From assembly GCF_006345805.1 (NCBI RefSeq), contig NW_021834674.1:1-64000 (forward strand): a stretch of 64,000 bases of DNA. The letters are read 5' to 3'. A program made the position numbers and the translations under genes. This document shows positions 1 through 10,706 of the stretch, one piece after another (position 1 is the first letter of the stretch; the number at the start of each line of letters is the position of its first letter). The stretch comes from Octopus sinensis (taxonomy: Eukaryota). Below the pieces are notes generated by a model. It had not been told where the DNA came from, ran no database searches, and saw only the letters and a program-made list of their open reading frames with translations.

Positions 1-1932
1 AATCTCCCTAACCTAAACATTCACACACAAATACACACTCGTAAACCACAGACCCACGACTTATACACATACCTATACTAACTTATAAACCTCAATATAC
101 ACCAAAACCCACTCCCTCCCACACAGACAAATTAACACATACATCCCAGAACCTAACTAACAAACCCATATAACATTCACACACAAACACACACACACGC
201 AAAACACACACACACAACAGATACATATACTCCCTCACATATACGCATATACATACTCACTAAACTCAATATATACAACAATATTTACACACCCACACTC
301 ATACAGATAAATAAATTAAACAACTAAAAACTCGCACACAATCTCATATAGATAAACACACCTATGAAAAACAACATTAAATACATCGTAATTAACCAGA
401 ATATCAAAAATAACAATATGACATAAGGATAAATAAAATACATACTTACAATTCAGTGTCAAATTATGAAGTGAAATTAAATTCTTAGCCGTTAAAAAAA
501 TCAAAACAAAATTACGTTACCATAGAAATAACTTATGTAAAAAAAGAATACGCGCCATGGAAAGTAAACGTCATTTAAATTATGAATGGAGAAATAGGAA
601 AATGGAACTAAAAACTATATCCACGTGGCAAACCAACACTACTTAAAAAAAAAAAAAAAAAAATTTATTATGAATGGATTCTTTAAAAAACTACCATGAA
701 AAATCATTATATACATCTATGAACTTTAGCTCACCTTAGCATCTCTAACAAACAACTTGCAGTAACCCAAACCCATTCTCTATGCCTACCTCACTACTAC
801 ACTATTCCATTCACAATTCCAAGCAACGCTATTCCACCACCCGGTTATTCACGTGGCAAAACGAACACCACTCAAAAATTATGAATGAAACAATGTAATA
901 ACACAACCAACATCGAAAATAGACAAATTACCACGAATTCCCTAAAATAACCATGATAAACCAAAACTCATAAAAGCATATAACGATAAAATCTCCCTTT
1001 ACTAAACTCTATAACAAACCTAAATAGTAATCCCCCTAAACCTAAACATTCACACACAAATACACACTCGTAAACCACAGACCCACAACTTATACACATA
1101 CCTATCCTAATTTATAAACCTCAATATACACCAAAACCCACTCCCTCCCCACACAGACAAATTAACACAAACATCCAAAAACCTAATAAAAACCCCTATA
1201 CACATTCCACACAAACCACACACCACACACAAAAAACACACACCCACAACCAGATACATATACTCCCTCACATATACTCATATAATACTCACTAACTCGA
1301 TATATACAACAATATTTACACACCCACACTCATACAGATAAATAAAATATACAACTAAAAACTCACACACAATCTCATATACATAAACACTCCTATGAAA
1401 ACAACATTAAATACATCGTAATTAACCAGAATATCAAAATAACAATATGACATAGATAAATAAAATACATACTACAAGTCATTTCAAATAATGAAGTGAA
1501 ATTAAATTCTTAGCAGTTAAAAAAACCAAACCAAATTACGTTACCATAAAATACTTATGTAAAAAAAAAAAAAAAAAAAAAAGAGAGAATACGCGCCATA
1601 GAAATTAAACGTCATTTAAATTATGAATGGAGAAATAGAATAAATGGAACTAAAACTATATCCACGCAGCAAACAACACTACGTAAAAAATTTATAATGA
1701 ATGGATTCTTTAAAAAACTACCATGAAAAACCATTATATACATTTATGAGCTTTAGCTCACCCTAGCAGCTCTAACAAACAACCTACAGCAACCAACCTA
1801 TTCCCGATGCCTACCTCACTACCACACTAATCATTCCCATTCCAAGCACGCTAGTCCACCACCCTGTTACAATTCCCAATTCCACCCATTATTCACAATT
1901 TCAACGATTTCACCTCCACAACGCGACATATA
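1..1932 (-). repeat. Inverted arm: reverse-complement copy of ~6478-8424 (3' region of the Penelope-like element); runs off the window start
   Basis: ORF 316..504(-) is identical to ORF 7919..8107(+). Position 1 aatctccctaacctaaac is the reverse complement of ~8407-8424, and cacctccacaacgcgacata (~1911-1930) matches tatgtagcgttgtggaggtg (6481-6500). Confidence 0.9.
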
Positions 1933-2833
1933 TTTCGATGTTAGTTGTTTTATTTATTTGTTTCATTCATAATTTTTGAGTGGTGTTCGTTTTGCCACGT
2001 GAATTTTATTTTTAATTCCATTTATTATTCCATGTCTCCATTCATTAATTTAGAGATGTTCGTTTCCAGAGCGTTATACTTTTTAATATATGTTAAGTTC
2101 CTTGTAAAGTAATTTTGTTGGTGGTGTATATGTTGAGGCTTATATGTACTTCTGGGTGTGTGTGAGTTGGGTGGGAGTTGTATTTGTTATGTGTGTGTGG
2201 TTTACGAGTGGTTTTGTGTGTGAATGTATAGGTTAAAGGAATTGCTATATAAGTTGTTTTAGTGTTTAGTAAAAAGGGAGGTTTTATCATTTCTGTTTTG
2301 TGAGTTTTAGTTTATCATGGTAGTTTTATAAAAAGAGATCCATTCCATAATTTTTTTGTTTATTGTCGGTGTTGGGTTGATGGGTTTTTTGAGTATATGT
2401 TGGGTTTTATATGTTTGTATTGGTATGTGTAAGTGTGTGGGTATTGAATATGTCGTGGGTGTGTCGTAGGTTTTTTTAGTTTATATATTGTTTATATATT
2501 GTTTATATATGGATTATAGATAGGTTATATATGGATTATATACTTATATTTTTTCATTCATACTTTAATTATTTTAAAATTATTATTTTTATATTTTAAA
2601 ATATGATTTTTAGATTGGAAGTCCACCTGAAGATTGTCGATCAAGACAAGAAACGATTGTAGTGGCGGTTTTTTTGACTATTTATTAAAATTTTATGTAT
2701 TAATTAAGTCTTTCCTTGTTTGTTTTGCAAAATAGTGGTTTTGTCTCGAATAATTTTATAATATTTTACTATAAAATCGATTAATCCTAAATCTGATTTT
2801 TTCCCTGTAAATTTGGATTTATTCCCTAATATT
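1933..2833 (+). repeat. 5' pseudo-LTR (direct repeat of ~9040-10553, lacking ~600 bp of it)
   Basis: 1941-2460 matches 9045-9560 (e.g. gagatgttcgtttccagagc, gaggcttatatgtacttctggg). 2470-2833 matches 10185-10553, and both end in attccctaatatt. Confidence 0.85.
2621..2666 (+). ncRNA. Minimal type I hammerhead ribozyme, copy 1
   Basis: ccac-CTGAAGA-ttgtc(gatcaa)gacaa-GAAAC-gatt-GTA-gtgg: complete core, 5-bp stem II, stem I ccac/gtgg, GUA cleavage triplet. Stem III ACGATTGT is self-complementary with G:U pairs. Confidence 0.85.
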
Positions 2834-2904
2834 ATTATTTATATATATTGATAATTTTGTATATTGAGTGTAATACCTCAATTTCGTAAATTATGATTTT
2901 ACAG

Positions 2905-5390
2905 GTAAGATAGAACCGCTGTTTTGGGATTCATCTTTGAAAGATATTCCTATTCCTTCTAGAAAGGAATTTATTTTGAAACTTGTTAATAACGTTAAAG
3001 ATTTTATTTCTAGAATTAAATGGAAAGCTTTTTACTATAATTTTTATTTATTTAATGATATTGATAGTAGGAATGATAATTTTACCTCTAAATTTAAATC
3101 TAGAAAGGAACCTCCATTTAATAAAGAATTAAAATTACTTGAAGATAGTATATGGAAGGTGGTAAAAAATATTGAATTCCATAAATACCCAAATAGAAAT
3201 AATGAATATTTAAGGAATTTAGCAATTAAAATTAAAGATATGAGAAATATGGATGGTATTTAGTACAATCTGATAAAACAGGACTTATATAAATTAGATG
3301 TTAAATTATATGATAAACTATTAGGGAAAGAAATAATTAAAAAATATAAAATTGTTCCAGATGATATTCTTTATAATTTTAATAAGGCCTCTAAAGTAGT
3401 AATGTTAAAATATGAGTTGGATAATAAAACTGAACCTTATGTACCTTTGCACCCCAGAATTACTCTTAAAGACCATAAAGATAATTTTTATTCAGACCCT
3501 AAAGTTAGATTAATTTGCCCATGTAAATCGGATCTAGGTAAATTAAGTAAATTTATTTTAGATAAATATATTGATAAGTTAAATAAACTTAATTATTTAA
3601 AATTATGGTTTAGTAATAATAATACATTGAAATGGTTTAATAATATTAAAGATAAAAATCGTTATAAATTTATTCAAATAGATATAGATAATTATTATTC
3701 TTCTATTAATGAAATTGTGTTTAATAAAGCGCTTATTTTCGCAATGAATAAAGCGGGTATGTCACGGGAAGAAGTTAATGTAATTAAAATGGCTAGGAAA
3801 TCGCTAATTAAATATAAAAATAAATTATGGGCTAGGAATGATACTAGAGATTGTTTTGATATACCTATGGGAGCACCAGATTCTGCACAGGCTACTGATT
3901 TAGTAGGTATTTTTCTTTTATCTGAACTCCAATTAGAAAATCTTAAGATAGAGGGTGGTTTATATAGAGACGATCTTCTACTAGTTACAAAAAATGTACT
4001 AATAGGAATCTAGAAGTATTAAGAAAAAACTATATAGTTTCTTTAAAAGATATGGTTTAAGTATTACTATATAAGGAGAATTATAATGTTAATTATTTAG
4101 ATGTTAATTTTAATCTTATTACAGGTAAAACACAACCATATCATAAACTTAATGAGAACCTTAGATATATAAATGTTAATAGTAATCACCCATTTTCTAT
4201 TAAAAAATCGTTGATTAATAATATAAGTAACGTATTTCATTACTCTATTATGAATAGAGATTTTTAATAAACATGCTAATTATTATAATGAGGCCCTTAG
4301 AGGGGCAGGTTATAATAGGAATATTAAATTTTATAATATTAGTGATAAAGATTTAATTGTTAATTTTCGAGATACTTCTAATAATAATTATAATTTTGTT
4401 AGGTTTATGGTAAAAATAATAGATATTTAAAAAAAAAATAATAAAATGATAAAAATATAAATAAGAATAATAATATTAATAATTATAATAATAATAATAT
4501 AAATAAGATTAATATAAATAAAAATAAATTTAATAATTATTATAATAATTATATTGATAAATTTAATAATATTAATAATTCCTTAAATGCTGTACATAGA
4601 TATAATTCTGATAATAATTTTAATAAAATAAAGAATTATAAATATATTTATAATAATGATAATAATAATAAGGTTAATAAGAATAAAATTTGGTTAATAG
4701 TTCCTTATGGAGATCAAGTAAAAACGAATATTATTAAAGAGATTTTAGATGTTATAGAACTATTTATTAGAGATAATCGTAAATATAGAAACATTTTCTC
4801 TTTTAATAATTTTGGAGTTGGTTACTCTACCACTAATAATGTTGGTAACATTATTTCTTCATTTAATAAATATAAACTGAATAATTTTTATAAAAAGAAA
4901 TTATTTGATAATAATATTAATAATGATAAGACTTATATTAATTGTACATGTAGAGATAAATCTAATTGTATATTAAATAATAATTGTGATATTAACGATG
5001 TAGTGTATAAATGTATAGTTACATTACATGATAATAACTTTAAATAATAATTACAAAAAAGCGGTTTATATAGGTTCTACTTCCTCAAAAATAAAACTAA
5101 GAATCGCACAACATATGAATTCTTTTAAAATAAAAACTTAATCAACTCAACCGGACTTAGTAAGTACATTTGGAGTCTTAAATCACTAAATATTAATTAT
5201 AGTTTAATTTGGGAAATAATTTGTAAAACTAAATCATATACTATAGGAGCTAATTGTTGTTATTTATGCTCTAATGAGTTTAAAGAAATTTTATTTTAAG
5301 TATGATAATTTACTTAATACTGGCGAGGAGCGCAAAATAAAATGCAGACATAAGTTACTTTACCTATATAATAAGTTTCATGATAAATAG
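2905..5390 (+). pseudogene. Frameshifted Penelope-like (Naiad-clade-like) reverse transcriptase + GIY-YIG endonuclease ORF
   Basis: Motifs in order: SLKDIPIPS..RIKWKAF, QSDKT, ITLKDHKDNF..PKVRLICPCKSDLGKLSK, FIQIDIDNYYSSI, FDIPMGAPDSAQATDLVG, GLYRDD, YLDVNFNL, SNHP, EALRGAGY, CTCRDKSNC..C..VVYKC, YIGST..KLRIAQH, LSKYIWSLK, CYLC, CRHK. Several frameshifts, and an Asn-rich insert at ~4380-4680. Confidence 0.9.
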
Positions 5391-6479
5391 CAATAATAGT
5401 TCCCTTTTAAGTTACTTTACTTTAGTTTAAATTAGTTTAGATAATATATTTTTGGTTATGTTGTCTAGGCTTTAATTATAGTTAGTCTTTATTTATATTT
5501 CTTTGTTTTAATTAGTTCATTTTTAATGTATATATTTTGGAGGATATATTTATATGTTTATGGGTGTTATTTAGTGGTGTTTTTATTGAGTTCTGTATGT
5601 ATGTGTGAATGTTTAAGATCCCTTTGTTTTTTGTTTTTTATTTGGTATGCTGAATTGACAGATTTTATTGGGTATTGTCTGTTATAATAAAGTACACACA
5701 CCCATAACAAATATAAGTACCCACTTCATTCGATGTACCTGGAATTGCATGTTGAGCCTCGGCATATACACCTAACGGCCACTCCCGCCCCACATGGATA
5801 AATAAACACATACATCCCCAAAAATGGGCGTAATCCCATTCACACCAATTATATGTATACAATTATACACACTAGAATAATACATAACTAACCCAAATAT
5901 ACAGAACATACTAAAAATCACCAACTAACCACTATCACAAATGAAACCCACACCCATACAATGACAAAATTCCCCCCTCCATATCCAATTTACACCCACA
6001 TAGTAATCCCAATATATTCATCCATATATGGACGCAAGTGCGTGAAGCACATGCATACAATTAATAAGTACAACCCCCTAATACACACTTATATAAATTT
6101 ATATTAAGCTCGACATCCACAGTGATAAGATTACACCCACTCACACCCAGATGGGTGAATTGCACAACCAGGGAACGCACACATACACGTGTGCGTTTTT
6201 TGATTGTGCAATTCGCCCATATGCATGTATGCGGGCGCGATTACATTGTTGCATATATCGAGCCTAAATAGCATGCATATGTACATGTGAGGGGTACACG
6301 CAAATGACGTGCGCATGTACCCCCTGCATTTATACCCGTGCGTAATATACACATGGAGACTACCACACAGGTACAAATGTGTATAGTAATGGGAGCCCCA
6401 TCACTACACTCAATGTATACTCTCACCCATCCGCACGGATGTGTAAGTGTATCTCCGGTGTATATGTTGAGGCTTATAT

Positions 6480-9110
6480 ATATGTAGCGTTGTGGAGGTG
6501 AATGTCGTTGAAATGTGAATTAATGGGTGGAATTGGGAATTGTAACCGGGTGGTGGACTAGCGTTGCTTGGAATGGGAATTGATTAGTGTGGTAGTGAGG
6601 TAGGCATCGGGAATAGGTTTGGGTTGCTGTAGGTTGTTTGTTAGAGCTGCTAGGGTGAGCTAAAGCTCATAAATGTATATAATGGTTTTTCATGGTAGTT
6701 TTTTAAAGAATCCATTCATTATAAATTTTTTTACGTAGTGTTGGTTTGCTACGTGGATATAGTTTTAGTTCCATTTATTCTATTTCTCCATTCATAATTT
6801 AAATGACGTTTAATTTCTATGGCGCGTATTCTCTCTTTTTTTTTTTTTTTTTTTTTTTTACATAAGTTATTTCTATGGTAACGTAATTTTGGTTTGGTTT
6901 TTTTAACTGCTAAGAATTTAATTTCACTTCATTATTTGAAATTGACTTGTAGTATGTATTTTATTTATCCTTATGTCATATTGTTATTTTGATATTCTGG
7001 TTAATTACGATGTATTTAATGTTGTTTTCATAGGAGTGTTTATGTATATGAGATTGTGTGTGAGTTTTTAGTTGTATATTTTATTTATCTGTATGAGTGT
7101 GGGTGTGTAAATATTGTTGTATATATCGAGTTTAGTGAGTATATATATGAGTATATGTGAGGGAGTATATGTATCTGTTGTGTGTGTGTGTTTTTTGTGT
7201 GTGTGTGTGTTTGTGTGTGAATGTGTATATGGGTTTGTTATTTAGGTTTTGGGATGTTTGTGTTAATTTGTCTGTGTGGGGAGGGAGTGGGTTTTGGTGT
7301 ATATTGAGGTTTATAAATTAGGATAGGTATGTGTATAAGTTGTGGGTCTGTGGTTTACGAGTGTGTATTTGTGTGTGAATGTTTAGGTTTAGGGGGATTA
7401 CTATATAGGTTTGTTATAGAGTTTAGTAAAGGGAGATTTTATCGTTATATGCTTTTATGAGTTTTGGTTTATCATGGTTATTTTAGGGAATTCGTGGTAA
7501 TTTGTCTATTTTCGATGTTGGTTGTGTTATTACATTGTTTCATTCATAATTTTTGAGTGGTGTTCGTTTTGCCACGTGAATAACCGGGTGGTGGAATAGC
7601 GTTGCTTGGAATTGTGAATGGAATAGTGTAGTAGTGAGGTAGGCATAGAGAATGGGTTTGGGTTACTGCAAGTTGTTTGTTAGAGATGCTAAGGTGAGCT
7701 AAAGTTCATAGATGTATATAATGATTTTTCATGGTAGTTTTTTAAAGAATCCATTCATAATAAATTTTTTTTTTTTTTAAGTAGTGTTGGTTTGCCACGT
7801 GGATATAGTTTTTAGTTCCATTTTCCTATTTCTCCATTCATAATTTAAATGACGTTTACTTTCCATGGCGCGTATTCTTTTTTTACATAAGTTATTTCTA
7901 TGGTAACGTAATTTTGTTTTGATTTTTTTAACGGCTAAGAATTTAATTTCACTTCATAATTTGACACTGAATTGTAAGTATGTATTTTATTTATCCTTAT
8001 GTCATATTGTTATTTTTGATATTCTGGTTAATTACGATGTATTTAATGTTGTTTTTCATAGGTGTGTTTATCTATATGAGATTGTGTGCGAGTTTTTAGT
8101 TGTTTAATTTATTTATCTGTATGAGTGTGGGTGTGTAAATATTGTTGTATATATTGAGTTTAGTGAGTATGTATATGCGTATATGTGAGGGAGTATATGT
8201 ATCTGTTGTGTGTGTGTGTTTTGCGTGTGTGTGTGTTTTGTGTTGAATGTGTATATGGGTTTGTTAGTTAGGTTCTGGGATGTATGTGTTAATTTGTCTG
8301 TGTGGGAGGGAGGGGGTTTTTGGTGTATATTGAGGTTTATAAGTTAGTATAGGTATGTGTATAAGTCGTGGGTCTGTGGTTTACGAGTGTGTATTTGTGT
8401 GTGAATGTTTAGGTTAGGGAGATTGCTATATAGGTTTGTTATAGAGTTTAGCAAAGGGAGATTTTATCGTTATGTTTTTAGGAGTTTTGGTTTATCATGG
8501 TTTTTTTAGGGAATTCGTGGTAATTTGTCTATTTTCGTTGTTGGTTGTTTTATTACATTGTTTCATTCATAATTTTTGAGTGGTGTTCGTTTTGCCACGT
8601 GAATAACCGGGAGGTGGACTAGCGTTGTTTGGAATTGTGAATGGAATAGTGTAGTAGTGAGGTAGGCATAGAGAATGGGTTTGGGTTACTGCAAGTTGTT
8701 TGTTAATCTTTTTTTACATAAGTTATTTCTATGGTAACGTAATTTTGGTTTGATTTTTTAACGGCTAAGAATTTAATTTCACTTCATAATTGCACTGAAT
8801 TGTAAGTATTATTTATTTACCTTTTGTCATATTGGTATTTTGATTCTTTTTATTACGATGTATTTAATGTTGTTTTGTTTTCATAGTGAGTGTTTATGTT
8901 ATATGATATTGTGTGTGTGAGTTTTTAGTTGTATAATTTATTTATCTGTATGAGTGTGGGTGGTGGTAATATGTTTTTTTATATAGTTTTTTTGGTTTAT
9001 CATGGTTTTTTATTGGAATCGTAGTAATTTGGTCTATTTTCGATGTTAGTTGTTTTTTATTATATTGTTTCATTCATAATTTTTTTGAGTGGTGTTCGTT
9101 TTGCCACGTG
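6480..9110 (+). repeat. G/T-rich tandem repeat, ~1.03 kb unit (two full units plus a deleted third)
   Basis: Recurring markers: gttgcttggaat ~6563/7601 (variant gttgtttggaat ~8623); ttctatggtaacgtaattttg ~6871/7897/8727; gtatgagtgtggg ~7091/8119/8948; tttgagtggtgttcgttttgccacgtgaa ~7552/8575/9084. Confidence 0.85.
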
Positions 9111-10553
9111 AATTTTATTTTTAATTCCATTTATTCCATTTCTCCATTCATTAATTTAGAGATGTTCGTTTCCAGAGCGGTTTACTTTTATATATATGTT
9201 AAGTTCCTTGGTAAAGTAATTTTGTTTGGTTATATGTTGAGGCTTATATGTACTTCTGGGTGTGTGTGAGTGGGGTGGGAGTTTGTATTTGTTATGGGTG
9301 TGTGGTTTACGAGTGGTTTTGTGTGTGAATGTATAGGTTAAAGGAATTGCTATATAAGTATGTTTTAGTGTTTAGTAAAGGGAGGTTTTATCATTTCTGT
9401 TTTGTGAGTTTTAGTTTATCATGGTAGTTTTATAAAAGAATCCATTCATAATTTTTGTGTTTATTTGTCTGTGTGGGGTTGAGTGGGTTTTTGGAGTATA
9501 TGTTGAGGTTTATATGTATGTATTGGTATGTGTAAGTGGTGTGGGTATTTGAATATGTCGTGGGTGTGTGGTTTACGTGTGTGTATTTGTGTGTGAATGT
9601 TTAGGTTAGGGGGATTGCTATATAGGTTTGTTATAGAGTTTAGTAAAGGGAGATTTTATCATTATATGTTTTTATGAGTTTCGGTTATCATGGTAGGTTT
9701 GATAAGGAATTTGTAGTAATTTGTGTCTATTTGCGATGTCTGTTGTTTTATTGCATTGTTTCATTCATAATTTTTAAGTAGTGTTCGTTTTACCAAGTGA
9801 ATATAATTTTTAATTCCATTTATTCCATTTCTCCGTTCATAGTTTGAGTGATGTCCGTTTTCTAGAGCGTGAATGAATGTGGGTTGTATGTGTGTGTGTG
9901 TGGGAGTATGAATAAGTATTGTGTTGAAGTATTTAGCTATTTTATTTATTTATAGTTGCCTAGACATTTTATGTGTATGTATAGGGATATATATATAGTG
10001 TGTGATTTAGTGTATGTAGTTAGATATGGTTATATATAATTAGGTATATGCGTATGGGTGTATATATAGTTTATTATTATATTATTATTATTATTTTTTT
10101 TTTTTTTTTTTTTTTTGTTTTGTTTTATATTTTATATTTTATTTTATATTTTATATTTTATATTTTATATTTAATTGTTGATAGGTTTTTTTAGTTTATA
10201 TATTGTTTATATATTGTTTATATATGGATTATAGATAGGTTATATATGGATTATATACTTATATTTTTTCATTCATACTTTAATTATTTTAAAATTATTA
10301 TTTTTATATTTTAAAATATTGATTTCTTAGATTGGAAGTCCACCTGAAGATTGTCGATCAAGACAAGAAACGATTGTAGTGGCGGTTTTTATGACTATTT
10401 ATTAAAATTTTATGTATTAATTAAGTCTTTCCTTGTTTGTTTTGCAAAATAGTGGTTTTGTCTCGAATAATATTTTATAATATTTTACTATAAAATCGAT
10501 TTAATCCTAAATCTGATTTTTTCCCTGTAAATTTGGATTTATTCCCTAATATT
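9040..10553 (+). repeat. 3' pseudo-LTR
   Basis: Direct repeat of 1933-2833. Contains the second hammerhead and ends at attccctaatatt before a (TA)n run. Confidence 0.85.
10338..10383 (+). ncRNA. Minimal type I hammerhead ribozyme, copy 2
   Basis: Same sequence as 2621-2666 (gtccacctgaagattgtcgatcaagacaagaaacgattgtagtggc). Confidence 0.85.
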
Positions 10554-10659
10554 TATTATATATTATATATATATAATATATATATATATATGTATATATA
10601 GATATATACATATACATGAATATATACGTATATATAATTCTGATAACTGTGTGTGCGTT

Positions 10660-10696
<37 letters not shown>

Positions 10697-10706
10697 ATAT
10701 ATATAT

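Larger units (their letters stand above)
1933..10553 (+). mobile_element. Penelope-like retroelement (Naiad-type RT-GIY-YIG) with pseudo-LTRs and a long 3' region
   Basis: RT and GIY-YIG motifs in 2.9-5.4 kb. Direct terminal repeats at 1933-2833 and ~9040-10553 each contain a hammerhead core. The 3' end abuts (TA)n. Confidence 0.85.

Noticed and set aside
1-2500. Mitochondrial control region/NUMT, suggested by the A/C versus G/T skew
   Set aside because: No mitochondrial genes or tRNAs; the sequence is a repeat of the retroelement's 3' region.
4930-5360. Selenocysteine (UGA) recoding, as described for some Naiad elements
   Set aside because: The conserved Cys positions (CTC..C..C, CYLC, CRH) are all TGT/TGC; no in-frame TGA replaces them.
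6400-8430. True telomeric array
   Set aside because: Only isolated ttaggttaggg-like motifs, with no tandem (TTAGGG)n.
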